Positions 26,146 to 35,059 of a DNA stretch of 38,126 nucleotides are shown here, piece after piece (position 1 is the first letter of the stretch; each line of letters opens with the position of its first letter). The DNA lies in the IMG/VR virus record IMGVR_UViG_3300014160_000008, positions 1 to 38,126 of that record. One strand, 5' to 3'. Source of the DNA: a virus (taxonomy: Duplodnaviria > Caudoviricetes). Position numbers and translations under genes: made by a program. Below the pieces are notes generated by a model. That model saw only the letters and a list, made by a program, of their open reading frames with translations, had not been told where the DNA came from and did not search any database.

Positions 26146-27416
26146 TGGCCGACCGCGACCCATTGCTCGTTCCCTGCACGTTAAACGGCATGCAACTGCC
26201 GCTTAAATCGTTCACGGATCACCACGCCCGCGCGCTGGCCGTGCACAGTTACAAAGACATTCCGGGCGGCGACGTGGACGACGCGGGCGCCGAGCCGCTC
26301 TGGGTGGATCTCGTTGTCGTGCTCGGCGGCATCGCGGCGCACCAAAACAAGCGCGCGCTCGGCGCGCTCATCGACAATACGCTGCCGCCGCTCGTGCTCA
26401 CGCACCCGGTTTACGGGACGATGCCCGTGGCCGTGAAGACCGGCGATTCGGTTTGGACGGCCGGAACGCAGCGGCACGAATGGACGATCCACGTTGTCCG
26501 CGACACGCCGACGCCAACCCTCGCGATGACGCCGCCGATCGCTTCGACGATCGTCAGCGCGCCGGCGATCGCCGCGGTGAACGCCGATTTCTCGCAACTC
26601 GCGGCCCTCCTCATGTGGCTGCTGGCGTTCGTCAACGCGCTGCGATCGCTGATATTGGGTTGGATCAATTTTCTCGGCCAATTGGGTTACGCCGCGCAAT
26701 ATCTCGAAGACGTGGGCGCGTCGCAAATCGGCGAGTTCGGCTCGCTCGTGGCCGATGCAATGGCCGCGGATATGAGCGCCATGAAAAGCCTTTGCAATTA
26801 CCCCGAAGACCTCGCCGCGGCCTGCCAGCAGCAATGGAAGAATCTTTCGCTGGCCTACGCGAACGAATGGGGTTTTCCGGTGCAGACGTTGCGCGATTAC
26901 GAATCGGGCGCGCGGGTCTACGATTCCTCGCCCTTCGCCAACGGCCGGCCGGCCGACGTGGAAAGCGCCGACGTGCAAACGCACGCGTTTCTGACCCTGA
27001 TGGCCGGCGCGCGCGTCGGCTTCACGGCGGCGATGATCGAGACGGCCAGCGGCATGCTTTGCGACGCCGACCAGGCCGGCACGCTGACGGCCGCGCAGGC
27101 GACGATGACGGTCAACGCCTGCTACGGCGAGATTCAGAAGAGCCACCGCCTGGCGCGCACGATTCTGCCCGGCGGCCAGGCCGCGCAGGCGTGCCTGGAT
27201 ATGGCCGCGGGTTTGCGGCAACTGATGAACGGCCTGCGCATCCGCAGCGCTTATCGGCAAACCGTCGTGCTGAAAACCGCGCCGTTGTTTCTCATTCTTG
27301 CCGAGCACCGCATCGACCAGGGGCGGTTGGAAGAGATTCAACGCGCGAACGATCTGCCCGACACGCTTCGCGTGCCGGTCGGCGCGAAAATTTGGATTCC
27401 GGCGGAGGCGGCGTGA
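26145..27416 (+). CDS. Mu gpN (gp43)-like DNA circularization protein
   Basis: N-terminal ARALAVHSY...VDDAG...LVLTHPVYGTMPV. C-terminal LysM-like IQRANDLPDTLRVPVGAKIWIP. Confidence 0.8.
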   Translation: MADRDPLLVPCTLNGMQLPLKSFTDHHARALAVHSYKDIPGGDVDDAGAEPLWVDLVVVLGGIAAHQNKRALGALIDNTLPPLVLTHPVYGTMPVAVKTGDSVWTAGTQRHEWTIHVVRDTPTPTLAMTPPIASTIVSAPAIAAVNADFSQLAALLMWLLAFVNALRSLILGWINFLGQLGYAAQYLEDVGASQIGEFGSLVADAMAADMSAMKSLCNYPEDLAAACQQQWKNLSLAYANEWGFPVQTLRDYESGARVYDSSPFANGRPADVESADVQTHAFLTLMAGARVGFTAAMIETASGMLCDADQAGTLTAAQATMTVNACYGEIQKSHRLARTILPGGQAAQACLDMAAGLRQLMNGLRIRSAYRQTVVLKTAPLFLILAEHRIDQGRLEEIQRANDLPDTLRVPVGAKIWIPAEAA

Positions 27417-27417
27417 A

Positions 27418-27448
27418 CAGTGGTCAGTGGCCAGTGGTCAGTGGTCAG
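27418..27448 (+). repeat. CAGTGGY heptamer tandem repeat
   Basis: CAGTGGT-CAGTGGC-CAGTGGT-CAGTGGT-CAG between the gp43 and gp44 genes. Confidence 0.8.
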
Positions 27449-27497
27449 CATCCGGACTCCGCAGCGTCTCTGCGGCGCCTCCGTGTGAGCCTTTTAA

Positions 27498-28586
27498 ATG
27501 ATCTTTAAGCACACCGTCATCGTGTCGTTCGACACATTGCCCGTCGTACAGTGGGACGCGTTGGACGTGGATTTGACGTTCGACAAACTCTGCGGCTTTC
27601 ACCTGCGCCTGCATCCGCGAACGATCGCCGAGGAATTGGCGCTCCGGGCCGCCTGGCGCGTCGTCGTGACGTTGAACGGCAAGCCGGTGCTGCGCGGGGT
27701 CGTCGATCATCCGCATCTGGATGAAAAACGCGACCCCGACGAATATTCCATCGATGGGCGCGAGAGCGTTGCGGTCGCGGCCGATTGCGACATCATCAAC
27801 GTTGCCGATTTGACCTCGTTGACGATGGGCGCGGCGATGCCGACGGTGCTCGGGCCGTTCAAGATCGGCTTCGTGCCCGGCCCGCGCGCCGCGGCCAAGG
27901 AAATTCTCGAACCGCTGCTCGGCAAGCGGCCGTATCACGCCATTCAACATTTGGCCGACGAAGCCGGGCTGGCGACCTGGACCGATCCGGTCGCCGGCGT
28001 CATTTTCTGCGACGAATACGCCGCGTTGCTGGCCCAGGCGCGCAAGCTGCCGCCGATCCAGATTTTCCGCATTCCGGGCAATCCCGCGAACAACGTCGAA
28101 CGGTTCACCTATGACGATGAAAAGTGCCTCAAGATGAATACCTGCTCGATTATCGCGGACATGCAAATCCAGGCCACGATCGACAACGTCGCCGCCGCGC
28201 CGGCGGTTCCCGCGTTCGCCCAGGGCCTGCCGCTGCCGGCGCTCGCGCGAAAACCGGACGATCCGGAGCTCGCGGAATATCGGCCGCTGTTGATCCACGG
28301 CCGCGGCGCGAAATATAGCGACTTCGCCCAGCGGCCGATGGCGGAATTGAAAAAACGCCTGGCGCAAGCCACGCGGCTCGGCTACGAGCTCGCCGGTTGG
28401 TGCGACAAAAAAGGCGTCCCGTATTCGGATATCCGCATGGCCCAGGTTGCCGACGCCAGGCGCGAGATTTACGGCGAATTCTTTGTGGCGGCGGCGCGGC
28501 TCACGGCGAAGCGATCGAAGGACGACCCGAACGGCGGCTTCAATACACTTCTCAGTTTGATCGATCCAGGATGTTTGGCGGCATGA
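27498..28586 (+). CDS. baseplate hub protein (Mu gp44/gpP-like)
   Basis: VTLNGKPVLRGVVD...IDGRESVAVAADC pattern. Size and synteny fit. Confidence 0.78.
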   Translation: MIFKHTVIVSFDTLPVVQWDALDVDLTFDKLCGFHLRLHPRTIAEELALRAAWRVVVTLNGKPVLRGVVDHPHLDEKRDPDEYSIDGRESVAVAADCDIINVADLTSLTMGAAMPTVLGPFKIGFVPGPRAAAKEILEPLLGKRPYHAIQHLADEAGLATWTDPVAGVIFCDEYAALLAQARKLPPIQIFRIPGNPANNVERFTYDDEKCLKMNTCSIIADMQIQATIDNVAAAPAVPAFAQGLPLPALARKPDDPELAEYRPLLIHGRGAKYSDFAQRPMAELKKRLAQATRLGYELAGWCDKKGVPYSDIRMAQVADARREIYGEFFVAAARLTAKRSKDDPNGGFNTLLSLIDPGCLAA

Positions 28587-29065
28587 CAATCGAACGCGAT
28601 CGCGAAGAACTCGCCGAATTGGGCCGCGCGACGGTCGCGGCCATGCTGCCGTCGCCGACCGGGCGCCTGGTGTTGCAACTGCTGCGCGGCGCGGCCGGGC
28701 CGCGGGCGAACGTCGAACTGTGGGGCAACGGCTGCACGGATTTTCTGCCGACGAATCCGGCCGGCCTCGAAGTGCTGCTCTCGCAGTTATCGAGCGGGGC
28801 GCCGGCGGCGATCGCCGTCGCCTGCGATATCGCGATCAAGCTCGCCGGGGTCGTGCTGCCCGGCCAGGCGCGCCTGTTCAACCCGTCGGACGGCAACCAG
28901 GTGCTGCTCGACGTGGGCGGCATTATTCGCCTGGGCGGCCCGCTGGCGACGCATCCGGTCGTCTGCTCCGGCGACGTTATTACCGGACTGACCGCCGGTC
29001 CCTATGCCGTAACCGGATCGATTGTCGGCACGCCGGCGAGCGGCACGCGAAAGGTGATGGCATGA
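28583..29065 (+). CDS. baseplate central spike (Mu gp45-like)
   Basis: ATGA overlap. OB-fold-like N-terminus and beta-rich C-terminus (IRLGGPLATHPVVCSGD...SGTRKVMA). Synteny. Confidence 0.65.
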   Translation: MTIERDREELAELGRATVAAMLPSPTGRLVLQLLRGAAGPRANVELWGNGCTDFLPTNPAGLEVLLSQLSSGAPAAIAVACDIAIKLAGVVLPGQARLFNPSDGNQVLLDVGGIIRLGGPLATHPVVCSGDVITGLTAGPYAVTGSIVGTPASGTRKVMA

Positions 29066-29322
29066 AAAAGCGAGAAGCAAGAAGCCGGAAGCCGGAAGCC
29101 GGACTGCGCGCCTGGTTGCGCGGGCAGGCGGAAACGCGTTGCTTTATGGCCGGCCTGCGCGCGGTCGCGAAAAATCCGCGACGGCCGAATTACCGCTGGG
29201 CCCAGTTGTGGAAACGCCTGGCGATCGCGCTCGGCGCGAAATTCGCTGGGAGCGCCGACGCCCTCGTCGGCGACAGAAACGCCGGCGGGGGCGCCGGCGC
29301 TCCCGGCAAGGGGCGCCCGTGA
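29062..29322 (+). CDS. small basic hypothetical protein
   Basis: ATGA and GTGA overlaps with both neighbours. Starts with a heptamer-repeat-encoded segment. Confidence 0.5.
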   Translation: MKKREARSRKPEAGLRAWLRGQAETRCFMAGLRAVAKNPRRPNYRWAQLWKRLAIALGAKFAGSADALVGDRNAGGGAGAPGKGRP

Positions 29323-29696
29323 GCCCGTTTCTCTGCCAGCCTGGCGTGGGCCTCGTCCTCGGACCCACAGGAAGGCCCGTCGCCGATCCAAGCGCGGCCA
29401 CGGCCGTCTACGTGCGCCTGGCGGCCATTTTTGACGGTTGGTGGTGGGACGCGACGAAACCGGCGGCGACCGAGGCCGAAATCGTCCGCGAAGTCTCGCC
29501 GGGCAGCGCGCCGCGCGTGGAAGCGCGCGCGACGATTCTTTTGCAGGCGCTGATCACCCAGGGCCTCATCAAAGACGTGACGGCGACCGCGACGCCAAAT
29601 TACGCGAAGGCCGGATACGACCTGGTGATCAACTACACCGACCTCGTTTCGAACACGCCGGCGACGCTCAATGTCTTCGCCGCGATCGGGGATTGA
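29319..29696 (+). CDS. baseplate wedge protein (Mu gp46-like)
   Basis: ATAVYVRL...DGWWWD...LQALITQGLIKDVTATA pattern. Precedes the J-like gene. Confidence 0.65.
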   Translation: MSPFLCQPGVGLVLGPTGRPVADPSAATAVYVRLAAIFDGWWWDATKPAATEAEIVREVSPGSAPRVEARATILLQALITQGLIKDVTATATPNYAKAGYDLVINYTDLVSNTPATLNVFAAIGD

Positions 29697-29697
29697 C

Positions 29698-31053
29698 GTG
29701 GACCCGACGATCAAAACATACGCGCAAACGCAGGCCGAGTACCAGAACACCTTTGTCGCCACGATCCCCGAGGGCGACGCGGCCGACCCGAACGGGTTTT
29801 TTCACGGCCTGACGCATGCGCTCGCGCAGATCGACACGGGCATCGATGGCCGAATTCAACGCGCGATGATGAACGGCTTCCGCGGGACGGCCGATCCGGA
29901 CGCGATGGCGAAAATTGCCGGGCCGGAAATCGGGCCGCCGCTGCCGGCGACGACGGCTTCGATGAACGTGCTCTTGCAGGGGACGCTCGGGGAACCGTTC
30001 GACGCGGGTGTCGAACTGCTCGAACCGAATTCCGGCGTCACAGTCAAAACGACAAGCGGCGGCGCATTTGTGCAGATGCAGGTCACGCAGTTCGTCGGCC
30101 TGCTGCCGATCATGATGACGCTCAATGCCTGCGTCGTCTCTGCCGTTTCGGAAACGCCGGGCGCGGTCGGCATGCTGAAAAACGGCACGGCGCTGCAGGT
30201 GACCAGCAATACGCCGAACGTGCTTTCGAACGCCTCGGTATACGGCGGCGATGCGACCGGCGGCACGGACCAGGAAGACCCCGAGGCGTATCGGCAGCGC
30301 GACCTTGATTGGGTGCAGCACAAGCCGGCCGGCGGCAGAGACGGGGACCTGGCGATGCTGGCGAAATCGCTGCCCGGCATCGTCAAGGCCGTTGACTTCC
30401 CGGAACTCGACGGTCTCGGCACCCATGCGGTCGCCGTTTGCGGCGCGAACAACGAGCCAGTTTCGGCCGATCAGCTCGCGGCCGTGAGTGCGGCCATCAA
30501 TGGCCGCGATTTTCGGATTGTGGGGATCAAAAATTATTACGCCCTCAATGCGACGCCGCGGTCGGTCGATTTTGCGCTCGCGGTCGAAACCGTCTGGTCG
30601 AATATCGGCAGCCCGAAACTGGTCGTCGCGGGCAGCACCCAAACGGTCGTCAACGTTTCCGACGCATCCGGGATTCGCTCCGGCATGAATATCGTCATCG
30701 CCGGCGCCGGCGTCGGCGGCGTTCCTTTCTGTGCGACCGTGTTGTCGGTCACCGGCAACGCGATCGCGCTCACGAACGCCAGCGCCTGCCCGATCGTGCC
30801 GGCGGCCGGCGCTGTTGTGACCGGGGGCTGCGCGGCGTTCAATACGCTTTATCAGCGCATTTTGCAGATGTTTTACGCGCTCGATCCGGGCGATGCGCTC
30901 TCGCCGTCAATGTCGGTCGATCAATTCACGTTGGCGCAAATCACCGACGTAACAATTCTCGCGCCGGTCGCCACGGTGCGGCCGGTTGTCAGCGCGGATG
31001 TCGTGGAAATTTGCACCCCGGGCGCAATCCTCATTGTGCCGATGGAGTCTTAA
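29698..31053 (+). CDS. baseplate J-like protein (Mu gp47)
   Basis: TGGTDQEDPEAYRQR...PAGGRDGD...PGIVKA...GLGT are baseplate-J signature motifs. Confidence 0.88.
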   Translation: MDPTIKTYAQTQAEYQNTFVATIPEGDAADPNGFFHGLTHALAQIDTGIDGRIQRAMMNGFRGTADPDAMAKIAGPEIGPPLPATTASMNVLLQGTLGEPFDAGVELLEPNSGVTVKTTSGGAFVQMQVTQFVGLLPIMMTLNACVVSAVSETPGAVGMLKNGTALQVTSNTPNVLSNASVYGGDATGGTDQEDPEAYRQRDLDWVQHKPAGGRDGDLAMLAKSLPGIVKAVDFPELDGLGTHAVAVCGANNEPVSADQLAAVSAAINGRDFRIVGIKNYYALNATPRSVDFALAVETVWSNIGSPKLVVAGSTQTVVNVSDASGIRSGMNIVIAGAGVGGVPFCATVLSVTGNAIALTNASACPIVPAAGAVVTGGCAAFNTLYQRILQMFYALDPGDALSPSMSVDQFTLAQITDVTILAPVATVRPVVSADVVEICTPGAILIVPMES

Positions 31054-31054
31054 T

Positions 31055-32323
31055 ATGGCCCCCACTACCGACGATGTCGTTCTCGATTTTTACCCGGTTG
31101 CGGGAATTCCGCTCGGTCGCCAGACGACGCTGACGGGCCTGCTGACCGCGGCGCAACAGCTTTATGGCCGCGGCGTCCTGCGCCTGCAGGCTGTGACCTT
31201 CGACCCGTCCACAATTGCGGTTCCTGCGCCGGACGCGCTCTATCTCATTCACCCAGCGGCCTCGCAAAATCCCGGACATCTGGCGGCATTCACCAGTGCG
31301 GATTCGCAATGGCATATTTCGACGTATCCGATCGGCGACGCCATTGTCACTCTCGCCGGTGACGACGGCGTGCACGAGCCGGGAATGCGTTATGCGCTGC
31401 TCGATGGCTTGTTCTGGCCGCTCGACCCGGGGATTCCCCGTCACGTCGTGGACATCGGCGCCATCCATCCGCCGGCCAGTCCAATTGTCGGCGGCCTTTA
31501 TATCCTCGGTGATTCTGCCGCGCGCACGGGCGCCTGGGGCGGCACAGGTTCGATCAATCGCGCGCTCTGGAACGGAACGTCCTGGGTTTTTTACGGGGGC
31601 GACCTTGGCGACTTAAACGGCGGATGTCTGCTTCGCGTGGACGCCGCCGACAACCCAACCGTCGCCGCCCCCGGATTGTATTGGTGGCGCGGAGGCGCTT
31701 TCGTTCCGCGGTTGATCAAATCTGATGCGCTGCCCGGCGATATCGATCTGACGATTCATAACATGATCCCGGACGTTTCAGGCGTCACCGCGCCGGGTCT
31801 CTGGGTCGTCGGGCCGGATGATGGGATTCCGACGCTCTATTTGGCCGTTCCCGGCGGCAATCCGATTCGCCTCGGTCAATTGTGCGGAATTCAAATCGCC
31901 GACGTGGCCGGGCTCTCGGACGCGCTGGCGGCGGCCGGCGGCCCGCAGCGCACCTATGCCCGCAACGTCAATCTGGTGCAGGCAAATAGCTTCGTCGATT
32001 TCGATGCGACGATTACCGTGCCGGACGGCAAAAAGTGCATCTTCACGAATCTATATAGCTGGGTGCAGAGCGGCGGCACGGTCCAGTTTCTCAACGGTGA
32101 CGCGCTTTATATCGTCAGCGCAGGTTTGACCGTTCTCGCCGGCCACACGCAGCCGACGCAATTGCAGCATATCTGGCAGACCATCATCCGCGCGCTGACC
32201 AACGTGGACGGCCCGATCGAGAGCGGCGTGACGCCGCGCATCGAGATCGATGGGGCGGACAGCGGGGCGGACGCCGCGGGCCTCGCGACCTTCATGCTCG
32301 AATATATTTTTGTGGATGCGTAA
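31055..32323 (+). CDS. tail fibre/receptor-binding-type protein with DUF2793-like repeats
   Basis: HPPASPIVGGLYILGDSAARTGAWGG...ALWNGTSWVF and IADVAGLSDAL motifs are typical of fibre proteins. Confidence 0.55.
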   Translation: MAPTTDDVVLDFYPVAGIPLGRQTTLTGLLTAAQQLYGRGVLRLQAVTFDPSTIAVPAPDALYLIHPAASQNPGHLAAFTSADSQWHISTYPIGDAIVTLAGDDGVHEPGMRYALLDGLFWPLDPGIPRHVVDIGAIHPPASPIVGGLYILGDSAARTGAWGGTGSINRALWNGTSWVFYGGDLGDLNGGCLLRVDAADNPTVAAPGLYWWRGGAFVPRLIKSDALPGDIDLTIHNMIPDVSGVTAPGLWVVGPDDGIPTLYLAVPGGNPIRLGQLCGIQIADVAGLSDALAAAGGPQRTYARNVNLVQANSFVDFDATITVPDGKKCIFTNLYSWVQSGGTVQFLNGDALYIVSAGLTVLAGHTQPTQLQHIWQTIIRALTNVDGPIESGVTPRIEIDGADSGADAAGLATFMLEYIFVDA

Positions 32324-33214
32324 ATGTCCCAATTCGGCGCACTCGGCTTTCCGTTCGACACCATCGGCTTCGCGCCGCCGGCCCCCGCTGCGCCGATCGG
32401 CGCGACGATGACGCCGGATGTGACGAGCCTCCATGCCGCCGAGATACTCACGCTCACCGCGACCGCCGGTGTCTTTCCGATGAACCCGACGGCGACGATC
32501 GACGGAGTGGCGGCCGTCAAAATTGTGCGCGTCGATGACACGACGCTGGCGGTGACCACGGCGCAATTCATGCGCACGAACGAACGCGCCGACGTGATGA
32601 TTTATGACGCCGGCGCGCCGATCGCGCAGGCGTCGATCGCCGTCCGGGACGAATTTTTGAAAATTCTGCTGGCCGCGACCGAGCGCGCCTGGTCGCCCGA
32701 GCCATCGTCGGTCGGCTACCGCGTACTCGCGGCGATCGCCGCGGGCCGCGAGCGCCGCAATGAATTGAATCGACGCTGCCACGACCAGATTTGCCCGGAG
32801 TCGGCCGACGCGATCGAGGGGCTGCCGGACTTCGAGCGGGACCTGGCGCTCGCCGCGCGCGAGGACCTCTCGGCGGCGCAACGCCGCGCGCGGGTGCGCG
32901 CCAAGCTCAACGAATCGCCATCGCTGGCCTGGGGCGCGGTGCTCGATGCACTCGCGCCGTTTCTCGTCGGCTGCGCCGGCGCGGATTTGCCCGTCATTCA
33001 CGAGCTCGAAAATTATGACGTTTATGGCGATTTGATCTGGTTTTTCTGGGTCGAAATCACCGATGCAATTATCAATGGCCCTGCGTGGGATTGGTCCTCG
33101 GCCGAGCAGGCGATTCGCGACGTGAAGCCCGGCTTCGCCGGTTTTTGCCTCGGCCGCCGCGGCTTTTTCGCCGGCATCAGCGGCGCCGGCCGCGACGCGG
33201 TCGCATACGTGTAA
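32324..33214 (+). CDS. Mu gp48-like (DUF2313) baseplate protein with extra N-terminal Ig-like segment
   Basis: CPESADAIEGLPDFERDLAL...QRRARVRAKL motif. The N-terminal ~105 aa are beta-rich (VVRVDDTTLAVTT-like IPT/TIG pattern). Confidence 0.72.
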   Translation: MSQFGALGFPFDTIGFAPPAPAAPIGATMTPDVTSLHAAEILTLTATAGVFPMNPTATIDGVAAVKIVRVDDTTLAVTTAQFMRTNERADVMIYDAGAPIAQASIAVRDEFLKILLAATERAWSPEPSSVGYRVLAAIAAGRERRNELNRRCHDQICPESADAIEGLPDFERDLALAAREDLSAAQRRARVRAKLNESPSLAWGAVLDALAPFLVGCAGADLPVIHELENYDVYGDLIWFFWVEITDAIINGPAWDWSSAEQAIRDVKPGFAGFCLGRRGFFAGISGAGRDAVAYV

Positions 33215-33225
33215 GAGAGGAATAA

Positions 33226-34419
33226 ATGCAAAACGGCAAGCAATTCGAAACCCCCGACGGCGGCCCGATTTTTCCGTCCTATTTCAACTCGCTTTTTCGT
33301 CTATTCAAAAACGGACTCCGGCCGGGCCTCTTCTGCGATGCGGCCTCATTGCTCGGCGCGCTGACCGCGACCGCGGCCACGCGCCTGACAATGACGGCGC
33401 CGAACGCGGCCGACGGCGAGTTCATTTATTCGGCCGGGATGTTCCTGACTGACGTCAACCAGGCCTTCGTCGATTTCGGCGTCGGCGACGCCGCCGGTCC
33501 CTATACCCTCTATATCGACGCCTCCGAAAACACGGCCGCGCCGTTTCCGCGCTTCGAAATCTTCCTGCGCAAGTTCCAGATCGGCGGGGGGGACGGCTCG
33601 GCGGCCAACAATTGCCTCGCGATCGGCGTGGCGAATTGGGACGGAACGACGGCGACTATCGATCCGGTTCTCACCGCCGCGCTCCGCAAGGCCGCGCTCG
33701 GAATTCTCGATCTGACGCGCCTTTATGCCAATCCGCAGGCCCTGCGCGATCTCGACAAAATGACCTGGGGCGACGGCGTCCGGCTCGGCGGCGAGCCCGC
33801 CGAAGACCCGACGGCGAGTGTGAATCCCGAAGGCGTCAATGTGTTCCTCGGGCGCCTTTGCTCGCTCTTTTTCGGGCCGTCCGGCAACATCAAAATGGGG
33901 GCCGGCGGCCAGATTATCCTCAGCGACGGCAACGGCGGTTCGGTCCAAGTGGGTGATGCGCTGCTGCGCATCATCGCCGGCGCGTTGGCGCTCGACGGCT
34001 CCCCGCTGCAACTCGACCAGACCTCGCCGATCGTCTTCGGAGCCTCCGACGCTCCGCAGCACCAAGGCGACAAGAATGTGCTGACCGTCGAGCACATCGC
34101 CAAGGTCGATGCATATGCCCCATACGCCGCTTGGGGCGCGCCCGGCGGCGTGGCCGATATTAGCGGGATCGGAGTGGACTCGATCTTCAATTCGGCCGAA
34201 GGCGTTTATGTGGTCAATTTTCTGCATGCCTTTGCCGTTCCGCAAACCTATCGTTTGCACGTAGATTCCGATTATTGGGTGGCGCCGTGGTACTTCGTCG
34301 CCAGTCCGAAAGCCGCGGGCTCGGTGACTTTGGCGTTCTATTTTTGGGATAATACGACCAATGCTTACGTGCTGCGGAATACCTCGTTTTCAATTTACGC
34401 CAGCGGGGTGCTGGCCTAA
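33226..34419 (+). CDS. putative tail fibre protein
   Basis: GAGAGGA RBS. Follows gp48, the Mu gpS position. C-terminal GVDSIFNSAEGVYVVNFLHAF domain. Confidence 0.62.
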   Translation: MQNGKQFETPDGGPIFPSYFNSLFRLFKNGLRPGLFCDAASLLGALTATAATRLTMTAPNAADGEFIYSAGMFLTDVNQAFVDFGVGDAAGPYTLYIDASENTAAPFPRFEIFLRKFQIGGGDGSAANNCLAIGVANWDGTTATIDPVLTAALRKAALGILDLTRLYANPQALRDLDKMTWGDGVRLGGEPAEDPTASVNPEGVNVFLGRLCSLFFGPSGNIKMGAGGQIILSDGNGGSVQVGDALLRIIAGALALDGSPLQLDQTSPIVFGASDAPQHQGDKNVLTVEHIAKVDAYAPYAAWGAPGGVADISGIGVDSIFNSAEGVYVVNFLHAFAVPQTYRLHVDSDYWVAPWYFVASPKAAGSVTLAFYFWDNTTNAYVLRNTSFSIYASGVLA

Positions 34420-34454
34420 TGCGATCCGAGAGGACCCTCGGCTCGAATGATCGG

Positions 34455-34943
34455 CTAGCCCGGAGTGCAGTCCGACGGCGGCCCGGCAATGCCTTCTTGC
34501 ACCAACGCGACAAAACAATTGCTCATAATCTGGCAACTGGAACCGGCGTAATAAATGCACTGTCCGAGCTGCTGCGTCACGCCATACGGAACTTGGTTGT
34601 TTTCGCAAGCCGAAACGAACTGGGCCTCGGTGCAGCCGACGATCCCGAGGCCGCATTTCGTGCAGAAAGCGTCGTAGAGGGATTGGCAGGTCGGTCCGCT
34701 GTCGTCGTCATCGTCGTCGTTGTCGTCATTGTCATCATCATCGTCGTCGTCATCGGCCGCATCGTTATCGTCGTCGGCCGCATCGTCGTCGATCGTAGCG
34801 TCATCATCGGCGGTCGGCGAGCCGTCGTCGTCGGCGGCGACGTAAATGTTATTCGTGGTCTTGGCGCCGGGAGCGCACGTCGCCAGGAGCAAGAGGCAGC
34901 CGGCCAGGAGCAAGGACGCGATCGCGACAGTCAGGGCCTTCAT
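34455..34943 (-). CDS. Asp-rich, Cys-rich lipoprotein (moron)
   Basis: Lipobox LLAGC, poly-Asp linker, C-terminal domain with 9 Cys. GGGAGA RBS. Only convincing minus-strand gene in the window. Confidence 0.82.
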   Translation of the reverse strand: MKALTVAIASLLLAGCLLLLATCAPGAKTTNNIYVAADDDGSPTADDDATIDDDAADDDNDAADDDDDDDDNDDNDDDDDDSGPTCQSLYDAFCTKCGLGIVGCTEAQFVSACENNQVPYGVTQQLGQCIYYAGSSCQIMSNCFVALVQEGIAGPPSDCTPG

Positions 34944-34975
34944 CTCAATCTCCCATTTTCAAACGTGATGAGCGG

Positions 34976-35005
34976 ATTCTCCCGCCGCAGGCAGAAGAAT
35001 GTCAA
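34976..35005 (-). promoter_or_regulatory. sigma70-like promoter for the lipoprotein moron
   Basis: Minus strand reads TTGACA-N18-GAGAAT, with the -10 box 32 nt upstream of the ATG. Confidence 0.55.
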
Positions 35006-35059
35006 GGGCGGTATTCACGGGCGTTCGCGCGAATTCGTGATTTTAAAAAGGAGTCCTAA

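Noticed and set aside
20834-33214. Stand-alone contractile injection system or tailocin
   Set aside because: Complete head, packaging and transposition modules are present in the same operon structure, so this is a phage tail.
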